64,000 bases of DNA, from assembly GCF_009914755.1 (NCBI RefSeq), contig NC_060925.1; one strand, written 5' to 3'. Source of the stretch: the human T2T-CHM13v2.0 reference genome, Homo sapiens. The translations under genes were made by a program, and so were the position numbers. Shown one piece after another: positions 62,249-64,000 of this stretch (its first letter is position 1; the number at the start of each line of letters is the position of its first letter). Under the pieces are notes generated by a model. It made no database searches, had not been told where the DNA came from, and saw nothing but the letters and a program-made list of their open reading frames with translations.

Positions 62249-64000
62249 CCCACCCTGTACTTTGCCCATCTGACCACTATAGTCTTAATCCCCTGGTGCA
62301 AGCACAGAGGCTGAAAAGGCCAAGAGAAGGCATCCAATGTAGGCTTCCTGAACTATGACAAAGAAAGCTGAGCTCTGGAGCAGGAGCAGAAATTAGCCAG
62401 CTTAAAGGATGTGTGTGGGGTGCATGGGACAGGGTAGGGGAGATGGGAGAGGGAGGGGAGCTTGGATGGCTATCTCAGCAGAGGGGGCAGCATGTAGAAA
62501 GGTCTGCAATCAAGAGAGAGAGCTTCGTGAACTCTGAGAACTGAACATGTGAACAAAGCTGCAGAAGTGAACCCAGGATAGAGCTGAAGACCCTTGTAAA
62601 CCATTCCAGGAATGCTGGCTTTAGTGTACAGGCCCTGAGGAGCCAGTGAAGGATTTTAAGGGGGCTAACCTGATCAGCTTGTAACCCTGGGTATACCCAG
62701 GTAACCTGGATGTGGATAGTTGAGGGTGGTGCTTTGTACAGAAAATGAGGTCCAAGGAATTGAGCAGATGTCAGTTCTGGGGAGGCTCAACTGTCCTTCC
62801 TTTATGTGGAGGCCTGAGTGAGGTGAGGTCTGGGGACACAGCAGGAGGGAAGGAGCCTGAGAGAGGCATCTGGGAAGCAGAAAGTAAGTGGATCAGGCAG
62901 TGGGTACAGCTCTGCTGGCAACGAGATCTGGTGAGCAGAGACAGGCTGTCTGCCCTGAGATGTTGGCACTCAGGTGGTCTTGATTCTGTACCAACACTTG
63001 CCAACTGTGTGCTCCTCAGGGCACAAACCATGTCCTTTTGCTTCTGTGTCCCTTGTACCCAGCTCAGTGCCTGGTCCAGAGAAGCCCAATAAACATGTGT
63101 GTTATTCGAACCCTCAGCAGTAGCAGTGATCCACTAGAACCACTTGTTTAGGGACCCTGGTGTAATGCTGTTAGGGATTGGGCTGAGCCTATGCCTCTCA
63201 GCTGCCATGCCCCCAGTGCCTAGGCACTTTCCTTTGAAGTCATTAAAAGCATGAACAATGCCTCTATGTTCCCAGTGCTAGCAGTCCATTAGCACTCTTT
63301 TCAGGAAAAGATAGCTTTGAAAGGTAAGTGATTTTCCCTATGTGCCTCCCAATAGCCTTTCATTCCAGGGAAACATTCCAGTCTGATTCATCAATTGCCT
63401 CCTTGTAGGATCATCCTCTTGCCAGGGTCAATGGAGAGCAGGACAGGAGGCTGAGCATGGGTGGAAGTCAACACAAGGAAGTCAGGGAGGGGAGATAGTG
63501 TTAGGTGACCGGCAGGGGTATGGGATTGCTTCGTCTTCAATCAGTAGTACAGAGAGAAAGGAGGAAGAAAAAGAGCACCTTGGTGGAGATGTCAGGGCTC
63601 CAAGGATGATGAAGCATCTTCTGGGGCTGAGAAGGAACTGGTCGGTACAGAAGGATCTAATGTCGAGAGTCACCAAATCTCAAACTGGCATGTGCATCTC
63701 ACTCATTTGTTCAATGCAGTTTTCATTGTTCCTGCGCTGTCCTTCATCAGCCCTGTGTGGTTTACAATAATCCTGCTTAACCTCACAGCCTCCTCCCCCT
63801 ACACCACCTAGTTCCAGCCTTCCTGGACCACCTGCTCTCTCCTGGAAGGCAATCTCTGCTGCATGCTTTTGTAAGGCATTGCACATGCAGCTCTGCCCCC
63901 AAAGCTTTTCTTTCCCTGGCTAACTTGGGCATCCTTCAGAGCTTTAGGTCTCACCTCCTCCAGAAAGCCAGTCTCCCAAGTCCTAGCTCAGTGCCAGGTG

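Noticed and set aside
62686-62701. Perfect 16-bp palindrome CCTGGGTATACCCAGG
   Set aside because: About one is expected by chance in 64 kb (64000/4^8).

Overview
Human non-coding genomic DNA. The human-specific AluYb8 at 35784-36089 sits among older Alu, MIR, L2, L1M, MaLR/ERV LTR and DNA-transposon relics. I find no credible protein-coding exon chain, RNA gene or CRISPR array. The long ORFs are artefacts of two G/T-rich triplet arrays (8874-11423, 13009-14112), a pyrimidine tract (61420-61863) and Alus. The window reads as intergenic or deep intronic sequence with several short AT-rich, CpG-retaining, homeodomain-motif-rich islands that look like enhancers. I cannot place the locus or name a gene. 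I do not see a new multi-gene system. The best leads are: (1) the AluYb8 has had its central ~88 bp overwritten by the private sequence of an older, oppositely oriented Alu 33 kb away, with both target-site duplications intact, which fits non-reciprocal ectopic gene conversion; (2) a near-consensus REST/NRSF RE1 site inside an L2 3' end; (3) a ~93-bp inverted duplication with a MADE1 hairpin near its centre; (4) two hierarchical triplet VNTRs abutting MIR tails, with a textbook splice acceptor between them; (5) several local templated duplications. Repeat subfamily names come from recalled consensus motifs, not a database search. Boundaries of old repeats are approximate.
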